The notes: a model not told the origin generated them from the letters alone. Positions 30,910 to 41,470 are shown, counted from the first letter of the stretch. The stretch: DNA of 64,000 bases from Desulfatiglandales bacterium (GCA_963662465.1 OY759599.1:5600001-5664000); one strand, 5' to 3'. Program-made: numbers and translations.

Positions 30910-32376
30910 TCACGCCACAGCGACATCAGGCGTCATGCGTTTAAAAAATGCGGCTGCCGAGGGTGGAATGGAGGTCATACTGACCCGGAAAATCGCCGGA
31001 TCCTTTGAAATGCTTTTGATCACCTTGGCATAGAGATCCGGAGTGATCTCGGTTTTCTCATGATCAAAAAGGGAAATTTTCAAGTTGACCAACTTATCCG
31101 CCGAAACTTCAGCCGATATCTGGGCGGTTTTGTCAAAGAGTTTGTCCACGGCGCCCTTATACCGGGCATCACCTGCGTGTTTTCCTTCAAGCACCGTAAA
31201 TTCAATGGGAATTGGATGGGGCAAATCCAGCAGGGTTACATCCACTTTTTCCGGTAGAAAGAGGTTAAATTTACCCTTGATGCCCCCCACCTCATAAATG
31301 GTGATGGGCTTTTTGACCCCTTTGGGCATAACGTCCATCCGATCGTCGATCCTCAGCAAGTGCTGGCCGCATTCTTCCACGGTATTTTCTGAAATAAAAA
31401 TCTGACCGCCCACGGTGTACGATTCAATCCGTGCGGTAAGGTTCACATTGCGACCCACCACACCGTATTTCATCCGTTTTTTGCTTCCGATGTTTCCCAC
31501 CACCAGCTGGCCCGAATTGATGCCGATGCCTTGATGAACCTCGGGATACCCCTTTTCCCGGCACCGGCTGTTCACCTGAGCCATGGCCAGCTGCATCTCG
31601 ATGGCGCAAGCCACCGCCCGCTTGGCGTCATTGTCCCGCAAAATAGGGGCGCCGAAAATAACAAAGATGGCATCCCCGATAAACTCGTCGATGGTTCCCT
31701 GGTATTTCAGGACAATCTCCGTCATGGTCTCAAGATAGATATTGATAATGCCCACCACATCTTCTGCCGGAAGCCGCTCGCCAATGGCCGTAAACCCCCT
31801 GAGATCGGTCATCATGATCGTCACAAACCGTTTTTCCCCACCCAGGGCCGCACCCTCGGGACTTTCAAGGATGGCATCCACAATATCATCGGAGAGATAT
31901 TGGCCGAATGTTTTACGAATAAGCCGATTGGCCTTTTCCAATTGCGTCTGGGCTTCGTTTCTCTGCAGAAGGTTGATGTAGCCTCTGGAGTGGTATCGGA
32001 TGCGCGCCAGTATTTCCAATCGATCCGGCAATTTAACCATGTAATCGTTGGCGCCCAGCGCAAATGCTTCCGCTTTGGTCAGGGCATCTTCCTTACTGGA
32101 CAGCACGATCAACGGCACATGCCGTGTTGCGGGATTGGCACGATAATAACGCACCAGGGTCAAGCCATCGATTTCGGGCATGACCAGATCCTGAAGAATC
32201 ACCGTGGGATGAATCCGGTTGGCGGTCTTGATGGCCTTGGTGGGGTCCTGACAAAAATGAAAATCAATATCCTGTTCTGGGACCAGCATGCGGCGTAGGG
32301 CTTCGCCGATCATGTGCTGATCATCCACCAGTAAAACGGTAATGCGGTGTTGGGTGAGCAATGCTCTATCAGACAT
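30910..32376 (-). CDS. Response regulator with class III nucleotide cyclase output
   Basis: REC plus TDLRGFT, IDEFIGDA, GNIGS, KYGVVGRNVNLTARIE. Confidence 0.92.
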   Translation of the reverse strand: MSDRALLTQHRITVLLVDDQHMIGEALRRMLVPEQDIDFHFCQDPTKAIKTANRIHPTVILQDLVMPEIDGLTLVRYYRANPATRHVPLIVLSSKEDALTKAEAFALGANDYMVKLPDRLEILARIRYHSRGYINLLQRNEAQTQLEKANRLIRKTFGQYLSDDIVDAILESPEGAALGGEKRFVTIMMTDLRGFTAIGERLPAEDVVGIINIYLETMTEIVLKYQGTIDEFIGDAIFVIFGAPILRDNDAKRAVACAIEMQLAMAQVNSRCREKGYPEVHQGIGINSGQLVVGNIGSKKRMKYGVVGRNVNLTARIESYTVGGQIFISENTVEECGQHLLRIDDRMDVMPKGVKKPITIYEVGGIKGKFNLFLPEKVDVTLLDLPHPIPIEFTVLEGKHAGDARYKGAVDKLFDKTAQISAEVSADKLVNLKISLFDHEKTEITPDLYAKVIKSISKDPAIFRVSMTSIPPSAAAFFKRMTPDVAVA

Positions 32377-32412
32377 AAAAATTCCTGTTTGTCGGGTTGT
32401 CGTTAAAAATAT

Positions 32413-33420
32413 CTATATACGCCGCAAAATCGCCGGCGCCACCTGTTGAATCGGCAGGATTTCCGAGACGGTCCCCAGATCCCGAGCTGCCTTGGGCATG
32501 CCGTAGACAACGCTGGTCGCCTCATCCTGAGCAATGGTGTGCCAACCCACGCGATGCAGCATTTTCATGCCTTCAGCGCCGTCTCTCCCCATCCCCGTCA
32601 ACAGGATGGCAATGCCCCTTGAAGGCCAATGCGCCGCAACGCTTTGAAACAATACATCCACGGAAGGACGAAAAGGAATGGCGATGGGTTCTTTGCTGTA
32701 AGCCAGGGTAAGGCCGGATGTCAAAATAAGGTGGTCGTTTTTCCCGGCCAGAAGCGCCGTTGCACGGGTCGGTCGCATGCCTTCTTCCGCCAGGCGAACT
32801 GTCAGGGGACTTTGATCATTGAGCCATCTGGCCATCCCGGCGGAAAATTCGCCGTCAACATGCTGGGCCATGACAATGCCCGCTTCGAGATTCGCCGGAA
32901 GCCGGCTTAGAATCTCCGCCAGTGCTTTGGGTCCCCCGGTGGAGGCGCCGATAACAATAAGCGACGAGACTTTTAAAATCGAGGCGCCCCGTACAGAGAC
33001 TTGCATGGGACGCACGGACGAATTCCGACTCAGCTTTTCGATCATGGCAATTTTTTTTAACAGTGCCTCCCGGCTTTTCCGGGCGTCTTTTCCGCTCCCC
33101 ATTATAGGGGTGTTGATGGCATCCAGCGCCCCCTGGCCCATGGCTTCAAAAACTTTTCCCGCATGGTCTTCCAGCGTGGCGGTCACCACCAGGATGGGGC
33201 ATGGCGAGGCAAGCATGATTCTACGGGTTGCTTCCACGCCGCCCATGTCCGGCATGAACAGGTCCATGAGAATCAGGTCGGGGGTATCGGCTTCACATTT
33301 TCGGATCGCTTCGACACCGGTGCGAGCCACCCAGGCTACCTGATGGACGGCGCTGTCCGAGACAATTCTTCGCAGAATTTCCACGGCCAGGGATAAATCA
33401 TTCACAATGGCAATCCGCAT
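32413..33420 (-). CDS. cheB: Chemotaxis methylesterase (WspF-like)
   Basis: MRIAIVND, IGASTGGP, QHVD, RPSVD, LTGMGRDGA. Confidence 0.95.
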   Translation of the reverse strand: MRIAIVNDLSLAVEILRRIVSDSAVHQVAWVARTGVEAIRKCEADTPDLILMDLFMPDMGGVEATRRIMLASPCPILVVTATLEDHAGKVFEAMGQGALDAINTPIMGSGKDARKSREALLKKIAMIEKLSRNSSVRPMQVSVRGASILKVSSLIVIGASTGGPKALAEILSRLPANLEAGIVMAQHVDGEFSAGMARWLNDQSPLTVRLAEEGMRPTRATALLAGKNDHLILTSGLTLAYSKEPIAIPFRPSVDVLFQSVAAHWPSRGIAILLTGMGRDGAEGMKMLHRVGWHTIAQDEATSVVYGMPKAARDLGTVSEILPIQQVAPAILRRI

Positions 33421-33423
33421 GGT

Positions 33424-36400
33424 TTATGCGTCTCCAATCAGATTGACGGCAGCTTGAATAAATGAGTCGTCCTGAAAACTGCTCTTGGTCAAATAATAGT
33501 TGGCCCCGGCCTGCAGGCCCGCCAGACGGTCCTCTTCCTTGTCCTTATAGGAAACGATGATTACGGGAATGCTTTTAAGTTGGGAGTGGCGCTTGATCTG
33601 GGCCACAAATTCAATGCCGTTCATTCGCGGCATATCCACGTCGCTGATGACCATATCATAGCTGCCGGAGCGAACCGCATTCCATCCATCCACCCCGTCA
33701 ACCGCCGTATCCACCTGATAGCCCCTGCTTTCAAGCAGTTTCCGTTCCATCTCCCGAACCGTAAATGAATCATCCACCACCAGAATCCGTTTGTGTTTTG
33801 CGGCTTCAATGGCGTCAAAGGATTTGCTTAATTTGCGGAGCCTTCGCCCTGCCAGAAGATTGTCAATGGAACGAACCAGATCCTCCACATCAAAAATCAG
33901 CACGGGGGAACCATCCATCATCACGGCCACGGAGCTGATATCGGGCACCTTGCCCAACCTGGGGTCCAGGGGCCGCACCACCAGGTCGCATTCTCCCAGA
34001 AATTTATCAACGGCCAGGCCATAGGCATTCAGCCTATCGCTCAACACCACGACGAGCCATTTGTCCCGGTTCTCCAGTGGCGTTTCCAATTCCAGTACAT
34101 TATGGATATCCACCAGGGCGATATTGCTGTCGTCAAACCTGAAATACTGACGGTCTTCCACGATCTCCATATCCGCCGGCGACAGTTCCAGGCAACGATC
34201 GATCCGGGCCAGGGGAAAGGCGTAGGGTTCGCCGGCAATCTCAACTAAAAAAGTGCGCACCACGGAAAGGGTCAGGGGCAACTCGATATGGAAGGTCAAC
34301 CCCTCCCCGGGTTTTGAAACTGCGCGGACCACGCCCCCTACTTCATGGACCATGTTGTGCACCACATCCAACCCTACGCCGCGACCGGATATCTCGGTGA
34401 CGTTTCCGGCCGTTGAAAATCCCGGCAAAAACAAAAACGCCATCAATTCAGGTTCGGTCATTTTAACGGCCATTTCCTTTGTGGCCATCTTTTTCTGGAC
34501 GATATTTCGCCTCAGTTTTTCCAGGTCGATGCCCCGTCCGTCATCTTTAACGGTGATCATGAGCATCCCCGATCGGTGAGACGCTTCCATTTGCAAAAGC
34601 CCGGTTTCCGGCTTTCCCGCGGCCACTCTTTCTTCGGGGGATTCAATACCATGGTCCAGCGCATTGCGGACCAGATGATTCAGGGGGGCATCCAGTTTTT
34701 CCAGGATATCCCGGTCCACTTCCGTGGATTTCCCGTTGATCTCAAGCCGAACCTTTTTGCCCAGATCTCGCGCAAGATCCCGAACCAGCCTTGGAAATCC
34801 CTGAACCCCATCGGAAAAGGGCCTCATACGGACCGAAATAACTTCATGATAAATGCGGTCGGACAGGGCGGCTGTGGCGCCGGTAAAAATTTCGAACTGG
34901 TTCAAGCGATCCGCCAGCTGAAGGGTACAGGCCCGGGTCTTTTCCCGTGCCCGCAGGACCAGTTCCTGGGCCAGATCGTTTTGCCCCTTCCCCATGATGG
35001 TTTCCTGCAGCCCATCCAGGAGGGTCAGCAACTCTGAATGGTTTCTTTTCAGTTCCAGAAGGGATTCCGAAAAGGTGGGAAGCCATCCGGCGCCCACCAC
35101 CACTTCCCCGGCCTGCCCCATGAGCCGTTCGATCTTGGCGGCGGTAACGCGCACCGTCCGGTCCGGACCTTCTGATTTCCGTGGGGCCGGTCTTTTTTCA
35201 GAAGCTTCCCGTGGAACCGGTTTCATATCCACGGTTTCCACCAGGGAAAAATCGTTTTCACCGGAAGATGGTGCAACTTCCCGATGGTTTTCTCGGAGTG
35301 TTTCTTCCACCGGGGATACGGGAATCGGCGCTTCGCCATGAATAATAGCGGTTATTGCAGCCATCAGGGAATCAATTTCTTCGCTATGTCGGCCTACCCA
35401 GTCCGGTTCCCCATCATGGACATCCGCAATGCGAATCAGGATATCTACAATCCGGAGCAGAATGTCGATCTGCTCCGATCCCAGCAGCACGACGCCTTTT
35501 TGCGCCGCGACAAAACAGTCCTCCATGGCATGAGCGACTTTGACCGCGACATCCAGACCCACAATCCTGGCGCCGCCCTTGATGGAATGGGCGGCTCGCA
35601 TCAAGGCTTCAAGCTGATCTGTGGCTCCGGGATTGTTTTCAAGGGCCAGAAGGCCGTCATTTAAAACGGCCACATGGGTTTCCACCTCCGCCTGAAAAAG
35701 ATCCAGCATGGCAGGATCCGTCATGGGGGTAAAACCTGTTTGGCTGGGCGGCTGATGCTCTTGTTTGATGTCTGCTTCCTGATGATCTGATTCAAGGACC
35801 ACGGGGACTGTGGACGTTTCCCGGGATTCAAACCGCTCGGGAACAACGTCCGGTCGCGCGGAAACAATCCCCATGATGGCGGTTTTGACTTGCTCAACCT
35901 TCTTCTTCTGATGGGACAACCATGCGGACTTGCCTTCACCCACATGTTCAGCGATACGGTTCAGCATGTCAACGCCTTGAAAAAGAATATTGATCTTACC
36001 GGAATCCAGTCTGAGCCGCCCCTTCTGGGCAGCCAGCAAACAATCTTCCATGGCATGGGCAATACCGGCGGCTTCATCCTGTCCCACAATCCTGGCCGCT
36101 CCTTTGAGGGAATGGGCGGCCCGCATCATGGCGTCCAGTTGTTCCATGGATCCCGGATCCTGCTCCAGAGCCAGCAGTCCATCATTTAAAACGGCCACGT
36201 GGTTCTGGGTTTCCGTTTGAAAAAGGCCGCACATGGCCGGGTCGAGTACGAACTCTTCCTTATTTTGCGACGCATCTTCAACACGGGGCGCCGGCGTATC
36301 AACAGGGGGCGCCGAGCCTGGCGTCGGTCCGGCGGGATGGACCTCTCCGGGGGCGGGAGATGTTTCATGGGGCGTATCGATGGAGAAATGCCGGGTCTTA

Positions 36401-36795
36401 TCTATCCAGGCATCGATCTCTTCAGCATGCTCATCCCACCAGGGCAATTCTCCCTCAGGGGTCGTTTGAACCATTGATTCCAGAATTTCAAGCCCTTCAG
36501 ACATCAGTTTGCGTCCGGCTTCATCCAGTAAAAATTCGCCCTTATTGGCCGCCACAAAAACATTTTTCAAGGCATGGGAAACCGCCGCGGCGCCATCAAG
36601 ATCAACAATTTGCGCGCCCCCCTTGATGGCCTGAACTGCGGGGATCATGTTTTGAAACCGGATCAGATCTTGTGGGTTGGTAGCCAGGGCCTGAAGGCCG
36701 TCACGGAGGGTCAAGACATGCCGTTTGACCTCGGAACGAAAGAGATCCATCATGGCGAAGTCACCCTCTCCGACTTGTTCACGCCCGTTGTTCAC
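33424..36795 (-). CDS. cheA: Hybrid CheA (WspE-like) with three Hpt-like domains and C-terminal REC
   Basis: RAAHSLKG, RAAHSIKG, HLVRNALDHGIE, SGRGVGLD, CheW and REC domains. Confidence 0.95.
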   Translation of the reverse strand: MNNGREQVGEGDFAMMDLFRSEVKRHVLTLRDGLQALATNPQDLIRFQNMIPAVQAIKGGAQIVDLDGAAAVSHALKNVFVAANKGEFLLDEAGRKLMSEGLEILESMVQTTPEGELPWWDEHAEEIDAWIDKTRHFSIDTPHETSPAPGEVHPAGPTPGSAPPVDTPAPRVEDASQNKEEFVLDPAMCGLFQTETQNHVAVLNDGLLALEQDPGSMEQLDAMMRAAHSLKGAARIVGQDEAAGIAHAMEDCLLAAQKGRLRLDSGKINILFQGVDMLNRIAEHVGEGKSAWLSHQKKKVEQVKTAIMGIVSARPDVVPERFESRETSTVPVVLESDHQEADIKQEHQPPSQTGFTPMTDPAMLDLFQAEVETHVAVLNDGLLALENNPGATDQLEALMRAAHSIKGGARIVGLDVAVKVAHAMEDCFVAAQKGVVLLGSEQIDILLRIVDILIRIADVHDGEPDWVGRHSEEIDSLMAAITAIIHGEAPIPVSPVEETLRENHREVAPSSGENDFSLVETVDMKPVPREASEKRPAPRKSEGPDRTVRVTAAKIERLMGQAGEVVVGAGWLPTFSESLLELKRNHSELLTLLDGLQETIMGKGQNDLAQELVLRAREKTRACTLQLADRLNQFEIFTGATAALSDRIYHEVISVRMRPFSDGVQGFPRLVRDLARDLGKKVRLEINGKSTEVDRDILEKLDAPLNHLVRNALDHGIESPEERVAAGKPETGLLQMEASHRSGMLMITVKDDGRGIDLEKLRRNIVQKKMATKEMAVKMTEPELMAFLFLPGFSTAGNVTEISGRGVGLDVVHNMVHEVGGVVRAVSKPGEGLTFHIELPLTLSVVRTFLVEIAGEPYAFPLARIDRCLELSPADMEIVEDRQYFRFDDSNIALVDIHNVLELETPLENRDKWLVVVLSDRLNAYGLAVDKFLGECDLVVRPLDPRLGKVPDISSVAVMMDGSPVLIFDVEDLVRSIDNLLAGRRLRKLSKSFDAIEAAKHKRILVVDDSFTVREMERKLLESRGYQVDTAVDGVDGWNAVRSGSYDMVISDVDMPRMNGIEFVAQIKRHSQLKSIPVIIVSYKDKEEDRLAGLQAGANYYLTKSSFQDDSFIQAAVNLIGDA

Positions 36796-37457
36796 TGAAG
36801 ACTCCTTTTAAGGTTGTAAAGCAGCAGTTCATCATCGAGCAGCGCCACATGTTTTTCCTCCCACTTAAAAATGCCCTTTGTAAAGGTGGATTTGCATTTG
36901 GCAATGGTCACCGGCACATTCTGGAGCAAGCCGGGATTGAAATGATGGATGCCATGGATTTCATTGACGGGAAAGACCCATTGCTCGCCGTCCTTTCCCG
37001 CCACCATCAGTCGTTTTTTGGACTTTTCCGCTTTGCCCTTTTCAGGGGTCTCTTCCTCCAGATTCATAAGATGTTTTAAAGAAACGCATAATTGAATTTC
37101 GCCATGCACATTGACAAGGCCCAGCAATACGGGAGTTTTTCGATGGGGAAGCGTATGGATACTCACGTCGTCGATTATTTCCGCAAACAACCCGGCGGGA
37201 AGCGCCATCCATTCCGACTCAACACGAAATACCACCACCGCAATGGCGCCTGCCGGCTCTTCGCCCTTTTTTTTCACAAGGACGCTGCCCCATTCTTCCT
37301 TGTATTCCTCGGGAAGGGCCCGCTCCAGGAGATTCCGGCCGGCCTGGGTGAACACCTCGCAATTGCGACAGTGGATGACCTGTTCAAGCCTGGGGCACCG
37401 GGGCATTTCCCGTCCCCAGACCCCTATCCGTTTCCAACATCGGTCTTTAGTTTGCAT
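36792..37457 (-). CDS. cheW: CheW-domain protein (WspD-like)
   Basis: CWKRIGVWG..CPRL..HCRNC N-terminus characteristic of WspD; GLVNVHGE. Confidence 0.9.
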   Translation of the reverse strand: MQTKDRCWKRIGVWGREMPRCPRLEQVIHCRNCEVFTQAGRNLLERALPEEYKEEWGSVLVKKKGEEPAGAIAVVVFRVESEWMALPAGLFAEIIDDVSIHTLPHRKTPVLLGLVNVHGEIQLCVSLKHLMNLEEETPEKGKAEKSKKRLMVAGKDGEQWVFPVNEIHGIHHFNPGLLQNVPVTIAKCKSTFTKGIFKWEEKHVALLDDELLLYNLKRSLQ

Positions 37458-37499
37458 GGTTTATTCTCGATGACATATTCTTTGAGGGTTTAGATCGTT

Positions 37500-38870
37500 G
37501 TGTTTCAGGACCTTTATAGGCATACATACCCTCATGAAGATATATTGCTTGCCGATAGTTACCCAAACAATAGTATTCCATAGCATTGTTTAAGTTTGGA
37601 AACAGGCGCCATATCGTCCTGTGAGAAATCGATTTCGAATATTCAATGAGCCGACATAGTCAGCCTGTTCTGAAAAACCACATTTCAGACATTTGAAATT
37701 CTCTCCATTTCGATTTTCCCGCCGAGTGTGATTGCAAACCGGACACATTTGACTCGTTTTCCAGGGATTTACACTTCTAAAAGCAACACGGTTATTTTCA
37801 GTGTGTTTTTGGATAATTCCCAAAAGTTCCCTGTAGTTCCAGTTACTCAGCGTCTTTCTGAACTCTTTTGATCTGCCGTTGGCAGATTTTTTTAAATGAT
37901 GTAATTTTTCAACAATAACCAGTCTCAAATCCTTATGGTTAAAATATTCTTTCACAACCTGATTCATGCAGTACTTCAAAGTTTTTTTGGCTCTGATGTA
38001 TGCTTTTGATCCCTGTCTCTTGCATTTTATATGGGTAATCAAAGACTTGATATCACTACCCAGGAATTCTTTATCGGAAGTGGCAACAAGATGATTGATA
38101 CCCACGTCCATTCCAATAACGGCGCCGGACTCTTTTTTGGATTTCACCTCTTTTTCAAATGAAAATTGGATGTATGTTCGAGTGATTACAATGGATGATG
38201 ATAATTTCCAGGAATCGAATTGATTGTAATGCCTATGTTTTTTTACAGGGATTGAGATTTTGATTTTGTTGCCGATTGAAGAAAGGATAATCCAGACATC
38301 AAAAGAATTTCTCCCCTGTTTTATCGACACAATTTGAGAGGAAAGTATCATTCTGCGGGCATTGTGGCGTGGTTGCACTTTTTCATTGAATACGGTATCG
38401 TCTTCCAGTATCCGCTCAACTTCCAGCTCCAGATTGCTTTTGTTCCTGTGCTGATCATTGGATTTGCACATGGACAATGCTTCCCGTGCCGCACACTGCT
38501 TCATTCTCGCGGACAACCATGTAAACGGCAGGTTATATCCATCTTTCGTGAGGTCTTTTTTGTTGAAATCATTCAACCAGAAAATATCTATGAAAAAATT
38601 GACGCCTCGTGAATATTCTTCCATCACTTCAACAAGTTGTCTTTTTTTATTTGCGGTCAAAAACTTCAAACTGCATTTACTCGACCTTTTTATCTTCATT
38701 GGGCAAATGCCTGATCAATTGTTCAGTTTTTCTTCTGCTTCCAGTTTTTTATATACTTGAATCCAAATCTCATCAATCGATCTTTATGCTCTATGATTAT
38801 ATGGGTGAGTTCCATATCATTCAAGCGTTTTTTCAGTTTTGGACGGTTATCATTGCTCGTCTTTAAAACT
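37500..38870 (-). mobile_element. IS607-family element remnant (TnpB plus deleted serine-recombinase TnpA); ends approximate
   Basis: Upstream of tnpB reads NDNRPKLKK..THIIIEHKDRLMRFGF and, in another frame, GSRRKTEQLI, both IS607 TnpA motifs. Confidence 0.75.
37590..38699 (-). CDS. tnpB: TnpB RNA-guided endonuclease (IS607-type)
   Basis: RuvC motifs IGMDVG, VIVEKL, ADYVGSLNI; Zn finger TSQMCPVC..FKCLKCG; markedly lower GC than flanks. Confidence 0.92.
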   Translation of the reverse strand: MKIKRSSKCSLKFLTANKKRQLVEVMEEYSRGVNFFIDIFWLNDFNKKDLTKDGYNLPFTWLSARMKQCAAREALSMCKSNDQHRNKSNLELEVERILEDDTVFNEKVQPRHNARRMILSSQIVSIKQGRNSFDVWIILSSIGNKIKISIPVKKHRHYNQFDSWKLSSSIVITRTYIQFSFEKEVKSKKESGAVIGMDVGINHLVATSDKEFLGSDIKSLITHIKCKRQGSKAYIRAKKTLKYCMNQVVKEYFNHKDLRLVIVEKLHHLKKSANGRSKEFRKTLSNWNYRELLGIIQKHTENNRVAFRSVNPWKTSQMCPVCNHTRRENRNGENFKCLKCGFSEQADYVGSLNIRNRFLTGRYGACFQT

Positions 38871-38877
38871 CAAGAGT

Positions 38878-39715
38878 CTGGAGTTTACAGCCGTCATGCC
38901 GCCAAAGGCATGGCGTGATACGTAGCCTTTCTCCTCTTTGACATAATTATTCGATAAATCGCGTTATTCCTGAAAGCGCAGAAATTATGGAAGTACTCCT
39001 GTTGGATGACGGATCTTACAACTTCTTCTGATGGTATTGATGAAGTCACGGTTCGTAACCATCCCCGATATTTCTCCCAAATCGTTTCATGGAAATTCAA
39101 AGAAAGGATCTGAAGAATGCCGGTAGCAATGCAGGCAAAATTCATAAACGCCTCAATGGCATCGGCTGCCTGCCGAATCAATCTCTGTGAACGTGGGTCG
39201 TTTACTGAAGAAAGATCGCTCAAGTTTTGTTTTCCAATACGTGGCCAAGCGCTGGTCCAAAACCGATAGAAGAACGCCCCAATCAAATGTTTCAGCACTT
39301 TGAAATTGACTTCTATTTTAAAACGGTAACTGTATGCCTGTATGATATCAGACGGCAACAGTTTAAGGTCTGAACACATTAAGGATGAATTTCTCTGAGC
39401 CATCACAAACCAGCACGAAACGGACCTTTTCGCCTATGGGTCTCCAGATCAAATCCAGGCAAAGAAAGGAAGCTTCTTTACTCTGCCCGTAAATCACGAT
39501 TGTCGTTTCCTCAAAACGATCGGCCATAGATTCAAATAAGTCCATGAGACAAAGTTTGATGCCATATGTTCGTGGCCTGCCGGGCCCTCCGGTACTTGGC
39601 GGTGGATCTTCGTAAGCCACCACATTGCTTTTAGCCCTGGTGACCACATGAATAAGACGTCTGCCTTGGTCGTCCAAAGTCTCTTTCAGGATTGAAAACA
39701 CTGGCCCCACGGCAA
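38878..39715 (-). mobile_element. Truncated, frameshifted DDE transposase (IS4/IS701-like) with probable terminal repeat ctggagtttacag at 38878-38890
   Basis: GPGRPRTYG, YSYRFKIEVNFKVLK (YxxRxxIExxF), two overlapping ORFs 38894..39406 and 39363..39710; 5' half absent. Confidence 0.8.
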
Positions 39716-40499
39716 AATCAAAGTATATGGCCTGACCTATAGGGAATTTTTACTGTTTCATGGTTTGGAAAAAGGCCCGGAAAGCTTGAAAAATTACATG
39801 AAATTCGGCGGACTTCCTTATCTGAGGCATCTTCCACTGGATGATGCCGTAATTTTTGATTATCTGCGCAACATTGTCGATGCGATACTGCTCAAAGATA
39901 TTGTTGCTCGCTATGATATCCGCAACGTAACTTTTCTCCAGCGTCTGACAAGATTTTTGGCTGATAATGTGGGTAGCCTGGTTACCGCAAGAAAGATCAG
40001 TTTATACCTCAAATCCCAAAAATTAAAAATTTCTCACAACCTGGTGATCGACTATTTGTCCTACCTTTCCAATGCCTTGCTGGTATTTCCCGCCAGACGC
40101 TGCGATATTGTCGGTAAAAAGATTTTCGAGATCGGCGAGAAGTACTATTTTGAAGATCTCGGCATCAGGCATGCTCTGGTGGGATTTCGAGCGACGGATA
40201 TCAATAAAATTTTAGAAAATGTGGTTTTCATGCATCTGAAGACCGCGGGATACGATGTAACCGTCGGTCAAATCGGTAAGCAGGAGGTGGATTTTGTTTG
40301 CGAAAAAGCGGGCGAACAACTGTATATCCAGGTGGCCTATTTGATTCCCAATGACAAAGTCAGAGACCGGGAATTCGGCAATTTGCTGGCGATCCCCGAC
40401 AACTTCCCGAAAAAAGTTGTCACAATGGATGCGATCCCCGGCGCCTCCTATCACGGCATTGAGCATGTTCATATAGAGGATTTTTTGTTATCCCTTTGA
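39714..40499 (+). pseudogene. AAA_14/DUF4143 ATP-binding protein, 5' truncated
   Basis: GLTYREFL..YMKFGGLP, KYYFEDLG, LENVVF, EVDFV, YIQVAY; Walker A missing. Confidence 0.85.
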
Positions 40500-40629
40500 A
40501 TTGTGATCTTGGCGCCCCTATGGGGCCTCCCTTCTAAAAAAATTAAAAGAGTAACCAATGAGATGTAATGATGCATCTCTAAGGGGATGCCCCTTTCGAA
40601 GGCCATGATTTGAACATGGGGCGATTGAA

Positions 40630-40915
40630 GCTGGTCTTCGGCCTTCGGGAGCTTTCCACCCGCATTGGAAAACTGGTGACCGTGGTGGGCTGGCCCTTGA
40701 CCAGCAAGACGGTTCATGACAAAGACGGCAGACCCATGAAATTCATGACCTTTGAAGATTTGACCGGCACCTGCGAAGTGGTTTTTTTCCCGGATGTGTA
40801 CCACCGGTTCTGCAACATATTGAATCTGCAACGTCCCGATGTGCTTCGGGGAAAGGTGGCGGAACACTTTAGTGCTTTGAGCCTGACGGTGAATGGTGTG
40901 GAGATTTTAAGCCGG
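40630..40915 (+). pseudogene. C-terminal OB-fold fragment of DNA polymerase III alpha (DnaE/DnaE2)
   Basis: VTVVGW..KTV..KDGRPMKFMTFEDLTGTCEVVFFPDVY. Confidence 0.75.
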
Positions 40916-40939
40916 TCGAATTTGCGATATCCGTCGGCT

Positions 40940-41059
40940 CCGCCATGGGCCCAAGACTCGATACGGGTGGGTCGCTAACCCTTACGGAAAGCCATTACCG
41001 GTCTCCTTCCCGACAGGGACTTTCACCCCGCAAGATACACCGAGGTCGCATCCGCGCAT
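40940..41059 (-). ncRNA. Group II intron 5' end remnant (start of domain I), no RT ORF
   Basis: Minus strand reads atgcg..ggtgtatcttgcggggtgaaagtccctgtcggg..taagggttagcgacccacccgtatcgagtcttggg, matching remembered bacterial group II intron 5' sequence. Confidence 0.65.
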
Positions 41060-41140
41060 CCGGGTCAGACCGCAGAAACGTACTGTTTATTCAGATATTT
41101 ACGTTACAAAAATAGGTGTTTTTAGAGGCTATATCGTCCT

Positions 41141-41470
41141 TTATATATCAACAAATCGTTTCATGAGAATATCTTCAACATTTCTTCGGGAATCTATAAC
41201 AGACAAAACATATACTTCTTGCTCTGATATCCTGTATATTAATCTCCACGGCACAATAATTAATTCACGATATTGTGTGATTCCTTGATCATAAAGCTCG
41301 GAAACAATTCGGCCTCTTTCAGGCAGAGAATACAAGTCTGAGGCTTGTTTTCTGTTTTTTTTTAATATGTTTAGGGCATTCCGAGGGTTATCCTCAGCCA
41401 TATATTCAATGATTTTTTTTAAGTCTTTTTCTGCTACACTGCCCCAAACCACATTGTATTTCGTACTCAT
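41141..41470 (-). CDS. RelE/ParE family toxin
   Basis: AEKDLKKIIEY, PERGRIVSEL, YRELII..WRLIYRI, VIDSRR. Confidence 0.9.
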   Translation of the reverse strand: MSTKYNVVWGSVAEKDLKKIIEYMAEDNPRNALNILKKNRKQASDLYSLPERGRIVSELYDQGITQYRELIIVPWRLIYRISEQEVYVLSVIDSRRNVEDILMKRFVDI

